The position numbers were made by a program, and so were the translations under genes. A DNA stretch of 64,000 nt from Neovahlkampfia damariscottae (taxonomy: Eukaryota): contig JABLTG010000109.1 of the NCBI GenBank assembly GCA_016618085.1, positions 1 to 64,000 of the forward strand, in the 5' to 3' direction. Under the pieces are notes generated by a model. It had not been told where the DNA came from, searched no databases, and saw only the letters and a list, made by a program, of their open reading frames with translations. This document shows, piece after piece, positions 51,724 to 64,000 of the stretch. The first letter of the stretch is position 1, and every line of letters begins with the position of its first letter.

Positions 51724-53122
51724 ATGAAACCATTTTTTCGTTCCAAGATATCAGATTCATCTATTTATGATTCTGATTCTGATGACGAATTCAATAATTT
51801 GAGTCTGGCTAGTATCACTTCTCAAAGGTAATTCACAAAAAAAAAAAATGTAAAAAAAACAGATCACTTAAAACCATCATAAGAAAAGGAGACAAAGATT
51901 TATTTCCTTACGAACCTTTCTTTTTTAATGAGAATGGTGAAATAAAATTTGTTCTTTTGGGCTCTTCAAGAAGCGGAAAATCAGGTCAGTTTTATCCTTG
52001 TTCTCTAACTTTTTTTTTTTGAAACAGGTACCATAAAAGCATTCTTTTCTCATTAAATTTTTAAGCTTTACTGAAACAGATACATTTTTACTTTACAAAA
52101 AATCCATATGAAAATTCAAATTATAAAGGTGTTATCCGAACCAATGCAGTGTTAGCAGCAAAAGAAATTTTAAAAAAAATGAAAGAAGAAAATAAAAAAA
52201 TTCATGGTAAAAAAAACCGAAAAATAGCAGAAAAACTACTTGCTATAAATCAAGAAACAATTTTGAATCTTGACACTTTATATGATGTTGAAAAATTTGG
52301 TGATGACATTGGTAAGCAAATAAACAACCAATTATTTACACTTTAAAAAAAGGTAAAATTTGGGACAATCCTGATGTTCAAAATTTTTATTTTTCGACTG
52401 GATTTAGGGGGGAAGATAATTTTGAACATTATTTGAATTCAATTGAAAGAATTAGTCAATTAAGATATATACCAACTAATTTTGATTTGTTATCTTCAAG
52501 AATCAAAACTATTGGAATAGCAGAAGAGAATTATATTTTTAAAGAGTTTAAAATAACAACTATTGATGTAGGGGGAACAAGAAATGAAAGAAGAAAATGG
52601 ATTCATACTTATCCAAATTCTTGTGGTATAATTTATACAATTTCCTTATTGGATATCTCAAGATTTTTATATGAAGATAAAAAAATATTGAGGGTAGATG
52701 ATTCAATTCTACTTTTTGAAAATACAATTAATAATCCAAATTTAGAGCATCTTCCTTTTGTTATTTTATTCACTTCAGTTGATTTACTTGATAGAGAATT
52801 AAGATATTTTGATATAACTTCAAATCCATTTTTTAAGAAATTTAAAGGAAATAGATTCAATGTTTTGGAAGTATCTGAATTTGTTAAAGATAGATTTTTT
52901 GATAGAATTGAAAATTTTGAACAAAAGAAAATACGTTCTTATTTTATTGATTTATTAGATACAGAAATGGTAAAACAGTTACTTGGTTGTATTTTAGGTC
53001 AAACTTTAGTCTCAGTTGATTCAAGAAAAATTAGTTATAGGTCCTTAAATAGAAAAAATCCAGACTTTTTTCGTTATTCATTTATGAAGTTTATAGATGT
53101 TGAAATTAACTGTTTAGAATAA
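51724..53122 (+). CDS. Highly divergent G-alpha-like protein
   Basis: [43 protein letters not shown] replaces NKxD. The 5' exon structure is uncertain. Confidence 0.75.
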
Positions 53123-53150
53123 AAAAATTGTAATTTCTTTATCAAAATTT

Positions 53151-54184
53151 TTATAAAGTTCCAACTCCAAATGCAATTCTCAACTGTTCGTATAAAGGTA
53201 ATGAAAAAATGAAATGTGGTCCAAGTCTTAAATAATTTGGTAAAAATCCACGATATAAAGCTAATATTCCTTCATTTCTAATTGTTTTTACAAGACAATC
53301 AAGTGAATTTTTATACAATGCGTCTTTAGCTGTAGATTTATCATTCATTAATCTTGTTTTGATGACATCAACGGGTGAAGTAGCAGTTGTTGTTACAAAT
53401 CCAGATATCAAAGCACCTAATAAAAAAAATTTTAAACTTTTCAAAAAAATTGAAAGTACTTGTGAAATGTGTAATGAAATCATCATTGAAATATTTTGTT
53501 TTTAATAACATATGTTTAGAATGATCATATGAACTTAATTGAGCAGATGTTAAAATGGCTGCTCTTAATGTAGTTGCTCCAACACCTTTATAAAGTCCTC
53601 TAATTCCTTCATCTTTCCATATTTGATAAAATGCATGAAAGGTATTTTTATATCTTGTTGGTTGTCCTGGTACTCTGATTTCTCCTTGTATTCTAATTTT
53701 AACTACATCTGCTGGATTGATTAAACAAGATCCAAGTCCTCCTGAAACAAATCCTGCAAGAATTTTGTTTGTCAAAGTTACTTCTTTGTCATCACCAACT
53801 AATATTGTACGAACTGGTTCATATAAACCCATTCTAATGGAACTATAACTTCCTTCTCTCAACATGGAGGCTGCTAAACCTCTCTTCCAAAGTGTCAATA
53901 CTCCTTCTTTTCTGTGGTGTGTTAACTTTTTTAATTTTTTTTTTTTTTTTACTCAACAATTTCTTTTGTGCAATCAAAAAATGATCTAAAAGTTGATACT
54001 TTTGTTTTTTGAAGTTGGCCTTTTGTTTGTAGCCTAACTTTTGTTAAATCCCTTATTGTTTTGTTTTGTTAATAATTTGATAAAATTACATTGGATTTAG
54101 TATACCACTCATAATACAACATGAAATTCCTCCTGCAAGAAATTTACCAGGTGCAAATTGGTGGACTTTTTTTTGTTCAGACAT
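53151..54184 (-). CDS. Mitochondrial carrier (SLC25; UCP/dicarboxylate carrier-like)
   Basis: Px[DE]xx[KR] signatures NPADVVKIR and SPVDVIKTR; REGSYSSIRMGLYE; YLRLGP. Confidence 0.92.
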
Positions 54185-54336
54185 GATGGATTTTATTGGT
54201 CGTTCGGAAGAACTATTTTTAACAATTAAATTCTTATTTTTTTTAAAAAAAAATAACTCTATTTTAAACTCTCCAAAAACAGTCATTTTTCATTTTTTGA
54301 CGAATCACAAATATTATCGTTAAAACTTGGTAACTG

Positions 54337-56241
54337 ATGAACATGTTCAATTCAGTAGTTAATGATGACTTAGAACCTGACACTCAGTGTAACAATAAAA
54401 ATAACTTCTTAACTTTAACAGCGCAAATAAGAAAAAATAGTCTTGGTTTATTAACTCTACGAGACAAACGAAAATCAGAAGAAGAAACTGAAGAAAAAAT
54501 TGGAAGAGAAATAGTTGAAAAACAAGCAATTCTAAATTGGATAAACCGTATATTATTACCAAATGGAATTAAAATTGAAAATCTATGCGAAGATTTCAGT
54601 TCTGGTTATAATTTCTGTATTTTAGCAGAAAACCTCACAAGTTAAAAAAATAAATCAATTTAACTTTGTTTAATAGCAAAAAAAATAAAAAAAAAAATTG
54701 ATAAACCAAAAAATCAAACTCAAAAAATATCAAACGTTTCTTTGGGTAAAATAAAAGAAATTAATTTTTAATTCATCAAAGGTTTGGAAACATTAAAAAA
54801 AGAAAATGTTCATACTTATGGATGTAGTCCAAATGATATTGTATCATGTAATGAAAAGATATTACTTTCTTTATTATGGAAAATAATAATGAAATATCAT
54901 CCAAATCCATCAAGACTTCAAGAAATTATAGATGCTAATGAACCAAAAAAAAGAGATATTTTATTAAAATGGTGTCATGAGATTTGTAATGAAGAAAATA
55001 TCAACATTTCTGATTTTAAAACTAATTTTTCAAATGGTATTGGTTTATGTATTTTAATGAATTTATTTGATTCATCATTTTTTGATATTGAAAAAATTAA
55101 AAAAGAATCAATTGAAGGAAATTATCAAACACATATAAATTTAATTAAAAATGCAATGATTGCTGGTATGAAATTTGAAATTGAATGTTTTATTGATGCT
55201 TCATCAATTCAAGATTGTTCTGAAGAATATTTATTTGTTTTATATTTAAATCAAATTCATCAAAAAATCGAAAAATTAAAATCAAAAAAAGAATTGACTT
55301 CATTAGAAAGAACAAGATCATTTTTTAAAAATCTTGAAAAAAATAATGAAAATAAGGAAAAATCTGAATCTACATCAACTCCAACAACACCAAGATTTCA
55401 AAATTCAAAAAAAGAAAAAGTCAATTTATTAAAGGAAAAACAGCTTCAAGATGATTTGTCAAATGAAAAATCAAAACATTTAATTACATTTAACCAATTA
55501 GAAGTATCAAAAAAAAAATTGAATGAATTATCAAAAAAAGTAGAAGAAAATGAAAATGAAATTGAAAGATTAAAAATTGAAAATGAAAAAAATTCGGAAA
55601 TTTTAATTGAAAGATTAGATGTTCTTCAAAAAGAAAATAAAAATCAAATTGAAAAAGCAGAATTAGAAATGATTGAAAAAGATGTAATGATCAAAAAATT
55701 AATTGAAGAAAAATCAAAACTTGAAGAACAAAATGAACTTTTAAAATCTCATCATTCCAATGAATCAAAAGAGTTTAAAGAAAAATATGATTCGTTCATT
55801 TCAGAACAAAGCTTACAAAGTGAAATTAAAAATTTAAATGAAAGAATTGAACAATATACTAAAGGAATAATGAAAGTGCAAAATAAACATGTGAGGGAAA
55901 TGGAAAGATTATCATTGGAAAATGAATACAATTTAAAAAATTTAACTACTTCATTAGAAGAAAAAATGAAATTAAAAGAAGATGAATTGAATTCAAAATT
56001 TGATTTAGAAAAAAATGATTTGATTGAAGAATTTGAAAATAAAATCAAATTGATGAAACAAGAATACGAAACAGATATTAATATAATTAAATCTCAAAGA
56101 GATTCAATGCAAATGACTTTGGAAGAATATAAAATTAATAATGGATCTATTGATTTGAATAAAAATAAAAAAACACCAATGGTTCTTTCGTCAAAAGCGA
56201 AAACGTTATTAATGGGTGATGATGATCAAAAGTCAAATTAA
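54337..56241 (+). CDS. Tandem calponin-homology (actin-binding) domains + long coiled coil
   Basis: ILNWIN...EDFSSG; LLSLLWKII; LLKWC...FSNGIGLC; heptad-rich C-terminal half. Confidence 0.8.
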
Positions 56242-56418
56242 ATTATTTTTTTTTATTAATCATTTTTTTGCACTTTTCAATACAACGGGATTTGTTGGAC
56301 AAATTTGGTGGTGATTGGACCTGTTTCAAAAAGAAGTTGATTGGTTTACCTGATTTGGACGTTTTTTTTTAACGTCTCGTGTTTTTGATTGGTTAAATTA
56401 TCTGAATTTGGTTGAAGG

Positions 56419-58040
56419 ATGAAGTTTACTACAACACTATTACTTATCACACTTTTTTATTTTAATTTTGCTCATCAAGTTAATGTATGTAAAAATAACG
56501 AAGACTGTCTCAAAAATCAAATTTGTAACTCAAAAAACGTTTGCATTGAAAAGTCCGAACTTTTCTGCCAAAACGATTTGTCTTGTCAACTAAGACATGG
56601 TAAAAATTCACGTTGTATACTCAAAACGAATGAAAAATTTGGAAACTGTCAACAGCTTTACACTCCAGGTGGTCCATGTAAATCAAACGCAGAATGTTCA
56701 GCAACAGAATACTGCACAGGAGATAAAAAAACAAACAAAGTTGGAAAATGTACAACTAGACCATCCAAATTTTGTCAAAATATTACTCAATGTAAAGTTG
56801 GTGAAAAATGTGAAAAAATAACACGTAAGAAAATAAATTAAACCTCACAAATTTTTGAACAGACAATCTTGGATTTTGTAAACCTTTTGATGATGGTGTA
56901 AGTTTAAAAAAAACATCAATGCATCATCTCATTAAAGACAAATTTATTCCACCAATAACACCAGAAGCTTATGCTGCTGCACCTATGAATATTGGTGAAA
57001 AAAACACACATAAATGTGGTATGGAAGATTTTGATGTTGGTATTTCTTCAATTGCTGCTACTTGTAACAAACAATATACATGTGATTCAGTTGCAACAAG
57101 AGATAAATATTCAACACCTCCTTCTGGAAATGCTACTGTATATAAAATTCGTTGGTTATTTTTCAAATGTGGTTCTGGTTGGGAAACAAATGCTCAAACA
57201 AGAATTGCTGAAGCAACAGGTGATCTCAACACATACTTCAAAGATATTGGTTATCAATTCAATTCATATTATAATGAATACACTTGTCAAGGAAGTGGTA
57301 CAACAAATAATGATCAATTTACTCAAAATACGGCATTTCAAGCTGTTACACGTGAGATTGGAGCTGGTTTTCAAGCAACTGGTTTTCTACATGTTGTTGT
57401 TGGACAACCAAGTGATGATCAGATCAATGGATGGTTCTTTTTGCCAGGTAGTACTTCCTCAGGAACAGGTTTTATGCATACAAGAGTTGTAGCAAAAGGA
57501 TATTCAACTTTGGCTCATGAATTAGGACATGGTTTTGGTTTGTATCATACATTTCGAGGTATTTCTGAAGTAACTACTTGTTCAGATGGTTGTAGAGAAG
57601 ATACTGTAACATCTACGAATGATGTAGGTGATTTTTGTGCTGATACTCCTCCTGTTGGAAAGAATTGGGATTGTACTTCACCTTCAGAAGATACAAAAAA
57701 TGGAAAAGATCCATGTAGTTCAAAGAATACTTGGAATCCAAATCCTTATCAAAATATTATGTCTTATGGAAATTGTAGATATCAATTTACAACTCAACAA
57801 AAATCAAGAATTAGATGTTTTCAAAATGAATATTTGAACTTTTTAAAGGAAGATACAAATCCTGTTCAAAATCCAGCTTCAAGTACTCTTCCAACTCCAG
57901 CTGTACCAAGAATTTCAATTACTTTTTGTGCTGGATTTCCATGGGTTTTTCCATTTCCATGTCCTTTTGGTGCTGCTTCATCAGCTACTTATTCATTGAT
58001 CGGAATTGTAACTTTATTGTTTTATACTCTTCTTGCATAA
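56419..58040 (+). CDS. Secreted M43 (pappalysin/ulilysin-like) metalloprotease with Cys-rich N-terminus and GPI-like tail
   Basis: HELGHGFGLYH, DFCADTP, NIMSY Met-turn, cysteine-switch-like HKCG; hydrophobic C-terminus. Confidence 0.9.
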
Positions 58041-58172
58041 AAAAAAAATTAAAAATTTGTTTGAAAGAATTTGAAAACTTGTTTCATAAAAGAAGAAAAT
58101 TTTTTTTTCAATTTTGATAAAAACTGATTGGTTCATTGATTTTAACCAATAGAATCATTTTTTACTGACTCA

Positions 58173-59381
58173 ATGAAAATAACTTCTTTCGTTGTTTGTT
58201 TGTTAATATTCTCCTTAATTTGTTGGAGTTCAGTTAATGCTAGCACAGAAGGAGATGCGCCACTTAAACTTGATGAACTTGGAAAAAAAACTGCTAACGG
58301 TAGTCCTGTAACACCATCAAATCCAAATAAAAAACAACCTGAACCAGTTGATAAAAATCCAGTTTCAGAACCAAAACCAAAACCAACAAATCCAAAGACA
58401 AATACAACTGACCCAAATCCAAAACCAAATCCAGTTTCTTGTCCAAAAAATGAAACTGTTTATATTGACGTTTATAAAAAAGTATATAAAAAAGTGTATA
58501 CACCTCATTTAGTTCATTATTCACCACATCAATATGTTACCTCAAATGCTGCTGTTTACTTGACAAAGTTGATTAAAGGAATTAAACAATTAAATTTTAA
58601 CTTAGCTCGTTATAAAAGAATCACTGAACATTTAAATAAAAAGAAATTAATTGTTGAAACCTTATACAAGAAACATACAGAATTTCAAGAAAAAATGATT
58701 TTAAAAATAGAAAACGCACTTTCAACAAACAAAGGTTCAATTAAATTTGCAAAAAAACATCTTAGCATTTTAAAAGATGCATTAGAGAAACTTCATTATG
58801 ATTCAAATTTACCTGAAAATTGTCATGATATTAAAAATGATAAATGTTCAACAAAACCAAAAAATGTAGGAAATGGTGTTAAAGTTTTCACTCAAAAAAA
58901 TTTATTTTCTTTCATTAAATTTACAAAATTTCCAGCTAAAATTGAAAATTTACAAATTCATGAAAATATTGCAAATTATGTAAAACATGGTTCTGAATGG
59001 TTTAAAAAAGTTGTTAAAGTAAATTCAAAATTAGTTAGACTTATAAAACATCAAACGATTGAAAAACTTATGGAAAATGATGAAATTAAAAAACAAGTTG
59101 AAAAATATATGAGTGTGTTAAAATTTAAAAATTCAAATGAAGAATTTAAAACAAAATTGTCTTTCATTAAAAAATCATATTCAACAAAATATGAAAATGA
59201 AGTTAAATCAATTTTATCTAAAAAATATGTTAAAAAACTTAAATCTGAAAAATATCCAAATAAAGTTATTGAAACAAAAGGAAAAGGTAGATTAACAAAA
59301 GAAATGATCTCTCTTCCAGAAATTATGTTAAAAAAGAAAAATTTAAAAAAACTTTTATTAACAAGATTTGATATTGAATAA
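58173..59381 (+). CDS. Secreted Pro-rich protein with basic C-terminal domain (paralogue of 39657-41147)
   Basis: Signal peptide, PKPNP-rich segment, shared CPK...PH..YS and KVF.xxNLFS motifs. Confidence 0.8.
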   Translation: MKITSFVVCLLIFSLICWSSVNASTEGDAPLKLDELGKKTANGSPVTPSNPNKKQPEPVDKNPVSEPKPKPTNPKTNTTDPNPKPNPVSCPKNETVYIDVYKKVYKKVYTPHLVHYSPHQYVTSNAAVYLTKLIKGIKQLNFNLARYKRITEHLNKKKLIVETLYKKHTEFQEKMILKIENALSTNKGSIKFAKKHLSILKDALEKLHYDSNLPENCHDIKNDKCSTKPKNVGNGVKVFTQKNLFSFIKFTKFPAKIENLQIHENIANYVKHGSEWFKKVVKVNSKLVRLIKHQTIEKLMENDEIKKQVEKYMSVLKFKNSNEEFKTKLSFIKKSYSTKYENEVKSILSKKYVKKLKSEKYPNKVIETKGKGRLTKEMISLPEIMLKKKNLKKLLLTRFDIE

Positions 59382-59457
59382 ATGTTTTATTAAGACTCTT
59401 GGGTTTGTACAAGGTATTATTAATCGTCATTAAAAAAATTTATTCCTATCTCTCCTT

Positions 59458-60640
59458 TTATTCTTTCCAATCATCTTTAATCAAATCAGCTGCTTTTTCT
59501 CCAATCATCACAACAGGAGCGTGTGTATGACCGGGAGGAACCTTTGGGAAAATTGATGCATCTGCAACTCTAATTCCTTCTAGTCCATGAATTTTTAATT
59601 TTTCATCAACAACAGCTCTTTCATCTGATGATGGTCCCATTTTACTAGTTGAAGTTGGGTGATAAATAGTCATCAAAGCATTTTTAATAAATTCAAGAAT
59701 TTGAACTTTTGATTGAACATGTTTTCCTGGATGTAGTTCTGTGTCAATATAATCAGCGATTGGTTTTGTACAATAATATTTTCTTGTTTTATAAAATCCT
59801 TCAACTAAAATATCTAAATCATCTGGATGTGATAAATAGTTTGGTTGAATGACAGGTTTATCAAATGGATTTATTGAATTTAATGTAATTTCACCTGTAC
59901 TCTTTGGTCTCAATAAAATAGGACCAATTGTTGTGCCATCACCTGAATGAATAACCTTCCCATGATCAATAAAATCCCTTGGTCCCATTTTGTATTCAAT
60001 ATCTGGATAATCATCTTTTTTGAATTTCGAAGATCTTTGAAAAGAAACCCCTTCACCCAAATTTGATGTTAAAGGTCCTTTTCCCTCATTGGCCCATTGA
60101 AAAACAGTTGCAGGACTTTCTTCTGAACAGAAGGTAATGTTGTATTAAAAGCTACAGTATAAAAAATATGGTCTTGTAAATTCTTTCCGACACCTTTTGA
60201 ATCATGAACAACTTTGATTTTTAATTTTTCAAGTTCTTCTTTTGGACCAACACCAGAAAGTAATAGAATTTGAGGTGTATTTATTGAACCAGCAGACCAT
60301 TTTTTTGATGAACTTGAACTGATGAAACTCCTTCTTGTACTTCACCGTTGATATTTATAAAAAAAAAGTATTGTTTTACTTTCGAATGTGCTGCAGGAAC
60401 TTTTGTTTCGAAGATATTATCGGTTGTGCCAGCTTCGATTAACAATACTCTATGATTTGGATTTTCACTCAAACAAGATGCAACAGCAGCCCCAGCTGAA
60501 CCTGAACCTACAATCACAAAATCGAAACTTTGTTTATTTTTGACATCACTATTTTGAAATCTACTGGATAAATAAGTTTGGTACAGTCCAAAACCAACAA
60601 CTATAGCTATAATAATGAATTATGTGATCACTTTGCACAT
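59458..60640 (-). pseudogene. GMC oxidoreductase (choline dehydrogenase-like), probably a pseudogene
   Basis: [54 protein letters not shown]. In-frame stop after MCKVIT, missing central FAD-domain segments and a frame break near 60300. Confidence 0.75.
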
Positions 60641-60893
60641 TTTGAAATGCTAAAAATCTAAAACTTAGATTTTTTGTGGTTGGCCAATGAAATTACAATC
60701 CACAAAACTCTTTTCTGTTTGCTGGACTCAACAACTCATTTTGAAGGAATCTTTTTGAGTTTAATTGAAACTCTAAAACCTAAAATTTTTGATCACCACA
60801 AAAACCCAAAAACCGAAAAATTGAATAATTGAGGGTCAAATTACATCAAAAATTTTCCTGTTGTTTAAAAAAGACAAAGTGAATAATAATTTA

Positions 60894-62070
60894 TTAAACG
60901 GATATTAATTTTTCCAATGAACCTCCATTTTCTTTGAAAACTTTTAATACTTCTTCATCTTTTCTTAATTCTTCAGAAATGAATTTAAAAGATTCTATAT
61001 TTTGTTTTATTGCTTCTAAAACGATAGATTTATCATTTTTTATATAATGTGAAGCAAATTGAATTGTCAAACCATTTTTTTTAATGCAAGGTAAAACTAA
61101 AGTTGGTTCATTTTTACCATATTCTGAAACAAATTCTAATGAAAATTCATTTTGATTTATAGCTGAAAATGCAATTTCTTCATCATTCTTTAAATCTTCT
61201 GATGCAAATTCTAATGTCAAACCATCTTTTTTAACACAAAGTAAAAATATTTCTCTATCATTTTTTAATGCATCTGAAGCATCTTTTATTAATTTTGGTT
61301 CTTGTTTAATAGCTTCTAAAACAATTTCTTTATCATTTTTCAATTCTTCATCTAAATATTTGAAATTTATTTTTGCATCTTTTTTTATTGCTAAAAGTGC
61401 AATAGATTTATCACTTTTAACAGATTTCATTGCATCCCTAAATTGATGTGGATCATATTCAATTGCAACTTTTACACAATCTTTATCAGCTCTTAATTTT
61501 TTTGATGAATGTTTTAATAAAGCTCCTTTTGTTAAACATTCTAATACAAATTCTTTATCCGCTCTTAATTCATTGGATGCGCATATTAAACTACGTGGAT
61601 GTGCTTTAATACATGTTAACATAAATTCTTTATCTGAATGTAAACTCTCATCTGCATATATTAAACAACTTGGATTTGCGTCAATTGCTTCTAAAATGAA
61701 TTTTTTATCTTTTCTTTCTGTAGATTTTGCAAATTCAAGTGATTGTGGATATGTAATAATTGAAGTCAATAATACTTCACGGTCTTGTAAAAAATCGTCT
61801 AAATGTTTCAAAGCTTCTCCATTTTGTTTTACTGCCATCATTACAAATGTTTTGTCTTTAGAAAATTTAGGATCAGCATATTTAATAGCTCTTCCATTAG
61901 ATTGAATCGCTTTTTTTTTTTATTTTATTTTTTCTTTTACCTTTCGTTACGACATCAACGTCGGATTTATAAATTTCTGAAGCAAATTCAAGAATTTCTC
62001 CATCTTGTTCTAAACCTCTTAAAAGTATTTCTCTGTCTTTAATTTCAGTGATAACCTCTTCTTCTGACAT
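60894..62070 (-). CDS. DUF4116-type helical repeat protein
   Basis: Repeated DKEIVLEAIKQ...LEFASEDLKND units; one intron near 61900-61940. Confidence 0.85.
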
Positions 62071-62127
62071 TCTCGTTACTATCAAGTTGGAGATTAATTG
62101 ACCAATGATTTTGATTGACTCAAGTTG

Positions 62128-63255
62128 ATGAAAGTTTTTGTTGAAGAAAAAAATTTAAAACTTAATACTCTATTCAATTCAAAAAAACATAATGGTGTTA
62201 TTATTGGTTGTAAAAAGAATGATGATTATTTCATTTTAAAATTTATTCAAAATAAAAAAAAAATGCAAAATTTTATTCAGTTCATTATGGAGAAATTGGT
62301 AGGAAAAATTAATTTTAATTTAAATAAAAGGTTGGAGGAATGTTTGTTTTAGGTGTTTATTCTACAGAAAATATGTCAGATTCTCAAGTTTTAAATGAAT
62401 TTTCAAAAATTTCGGAAATTTATGAAGAAAAATTTACCAAATTTTATATTCAAATTCATGAACCTAATGATTTGTAAATTATTTATTTTTATTCATTTTT
62501 TTTGAAAAGAAAAATTAAATTTTTAAATTCAAAAAAGAAACTTGAAGAAGTCAAAACAATATTGTTTGAAAACTGTTTTGAAAAATTGAATAAATTTGAA
62601 TTAAATATACCTGTTGAAATTTATTTTGAAAAAAATTTAAAAGAAGAATTCAAAAAAAAAATGGAAAATATATTCAACCAATTAGTGGTGAATTTAAAAA
62701 ACAATCAATTAGAAGTATATTTTAAATCAACAAATAAAAAAGAATTAAAAAATATTCAAGTTTTAAATGGAAAATTTAAATTAATTTCTCAATCGGTTGA
62801 ATACAATCTGGAGGTTGGAAATAATTATCTTTAAATAATTTGTAAAGGATTTAAAATTGGATTTGAAACAGAACTTACAATTTAATTTAAAATATTGGTG
62901 TGATGGAATGAAAATACCTCCAAAGCGTCAGATTTATGAAATGGAAGGAATTTATTTTAGTGATTATAAAAATTTGAAAGAAACAAAATTAGATTTCAAA
63001 GAATACTTAGATTTGGAAATAAAAGAAGAGGATTCAAACTCAAAAATTGTTGATAAAATTCAACCAAATTCAAAATCAAATCAAGATCCAAACTCAAACT
63101 CAAAAATGGTTGAACCAAAATCACAACCAAAAACTCAAAAACCAAACAAACAGGAGTATTCTCAAGACAAAACATCCGGAAATAATTCATTATTAATATT
63201 TATTATTGCAATTCTCATTCTTTTCATTGCAATTTTAATAAAAATGAATATTTAA
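62128..63255 (+). CDS. ODR-4-like tail-anchored protein
   Basis: Spliced GVIIG...L/VGGMFVLGVY and PPKRQIY...GIYFSDY...E resemble ODR-4 motifs; single C-terminal TM. Confidence 0.55.
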
Positions 63256-63264
63256 TAAAAATGT

Positions 63265-64000
63265 TTATTCAGAGATTGCATATTTTAGAATTCTATTTGA
63301 AACATTGATCCCAGTTGCCAATTCAAACCCTTCATAACCAGGTGATGAATTAATTTCACATATTTTATATCCATTAGAATCAATCAACAAATCAACACCT
63401 GCCATTTTTAATCCAACAGATTTGCATGCTTTTAAAGCAATATTTTTCATTTCATCATCAATATCAATAAATTTAACACTTCCACCTTGATGGAAATTTG
63501 ATTTAAATCCCTTATTTGAAACTCTCATCATTGCTCCTAAAATTTCGTCACCAACAACAATAACTCTAATATCTTTGCCTGATGAGTTTTTGATATATTC
63601 TTGAATAATCATTGGATGTGAATCTCCCAACATACCTTTTTAGATCAAATTTTTAACTAATAATTGACTTACTTGCTAAATCTTTTAAATTTTCTTCATC
63701 AAATGCTTTAATGACACCTGTTCCTTGTGATCCAGATGTTTGTTTTAAAATAACAGGAAATGACTTAAACTCTTCTTGAATAACTCTTGAATCAATTGGT
63801 GTATTAATTAACCTTTTTTTTAAAATAAAAATATTCAAACATTGATTTTGGAATAGATAATCCATGTTTAACAAAATTTTGAATGGACAATAATTTATCT
63901 CTTGAATTTTCTAAACTTTGAACATTGTTCACCATTTTTACACCAAGACTTTCAATTTCTTTTAAAATCATTAAGGTATTATAATTGACAGTTGCTCCAA
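63265..64000 (-). CDS. RimK-family ATP-grasp ligase (5' end outside window)
   Basis: FPVILK...GSQGTGV, IIQEYI, GKDIRV, FKSNFHQGG, AGVDLL, CEINSSPG; short introns. Confidence 0.92.

Noticed and set aside
1..64000. CRISPR arrays, tRNA/rRNA genes, transposases
   Set aside because: None seen; the repeats present are coding repeats or paralogues.

Overview
Very AT-rich, gene-dense eukaryotic DNA read with the standard genetic code. It holds about 35 tightly packed protein genes with tiny GT-AG introns (about 25-44 nt), often A-rich and often ending in AAG. Gene content (giant EGF-repeat membrane protein, DUF4116 repeat protein, G-alpha expansion) suggests a free-living amoeboid protist, plausibly heterolobosean; this is inference. 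Recognisable genes: beta-carbonic anhydrase, Rab GTPase, DIS3L-type exoribonuclease, PI-PLC-X protein, DyP peroxidase-Rdx fusion, PARP6/8-like ADP-ribosyltransferase, a ~16 kb EGF/LRR/IPT multipass receptor-like gene, RluD-like pseudouridine synthase, subtilisin, three tandem G-alphas plus a degenerate one, two SDR-type reductases, an OSCA/TMEM63 channel, mitochondrial carrier, CH-domain coiled-coil protein, M43 metalloprotease, ODR-4-like and RimK-like genes. Several features are invisible to the ORF track: a divergent U2 snRNA with GUAGCA in place of GUAGUA, an N-acylated Rab lacking prenylation cysteines, a scrambled Ras pseudogene with an inverted segment between 20-bp inverted repeats, a GMC oxidoreductase pseudogene, mosaic intron patterns among the G-alpha paralogues, and a CCAAT box close upstream of nearly every start codon. 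All family calls come from motif recognition by eye; no searches were run.
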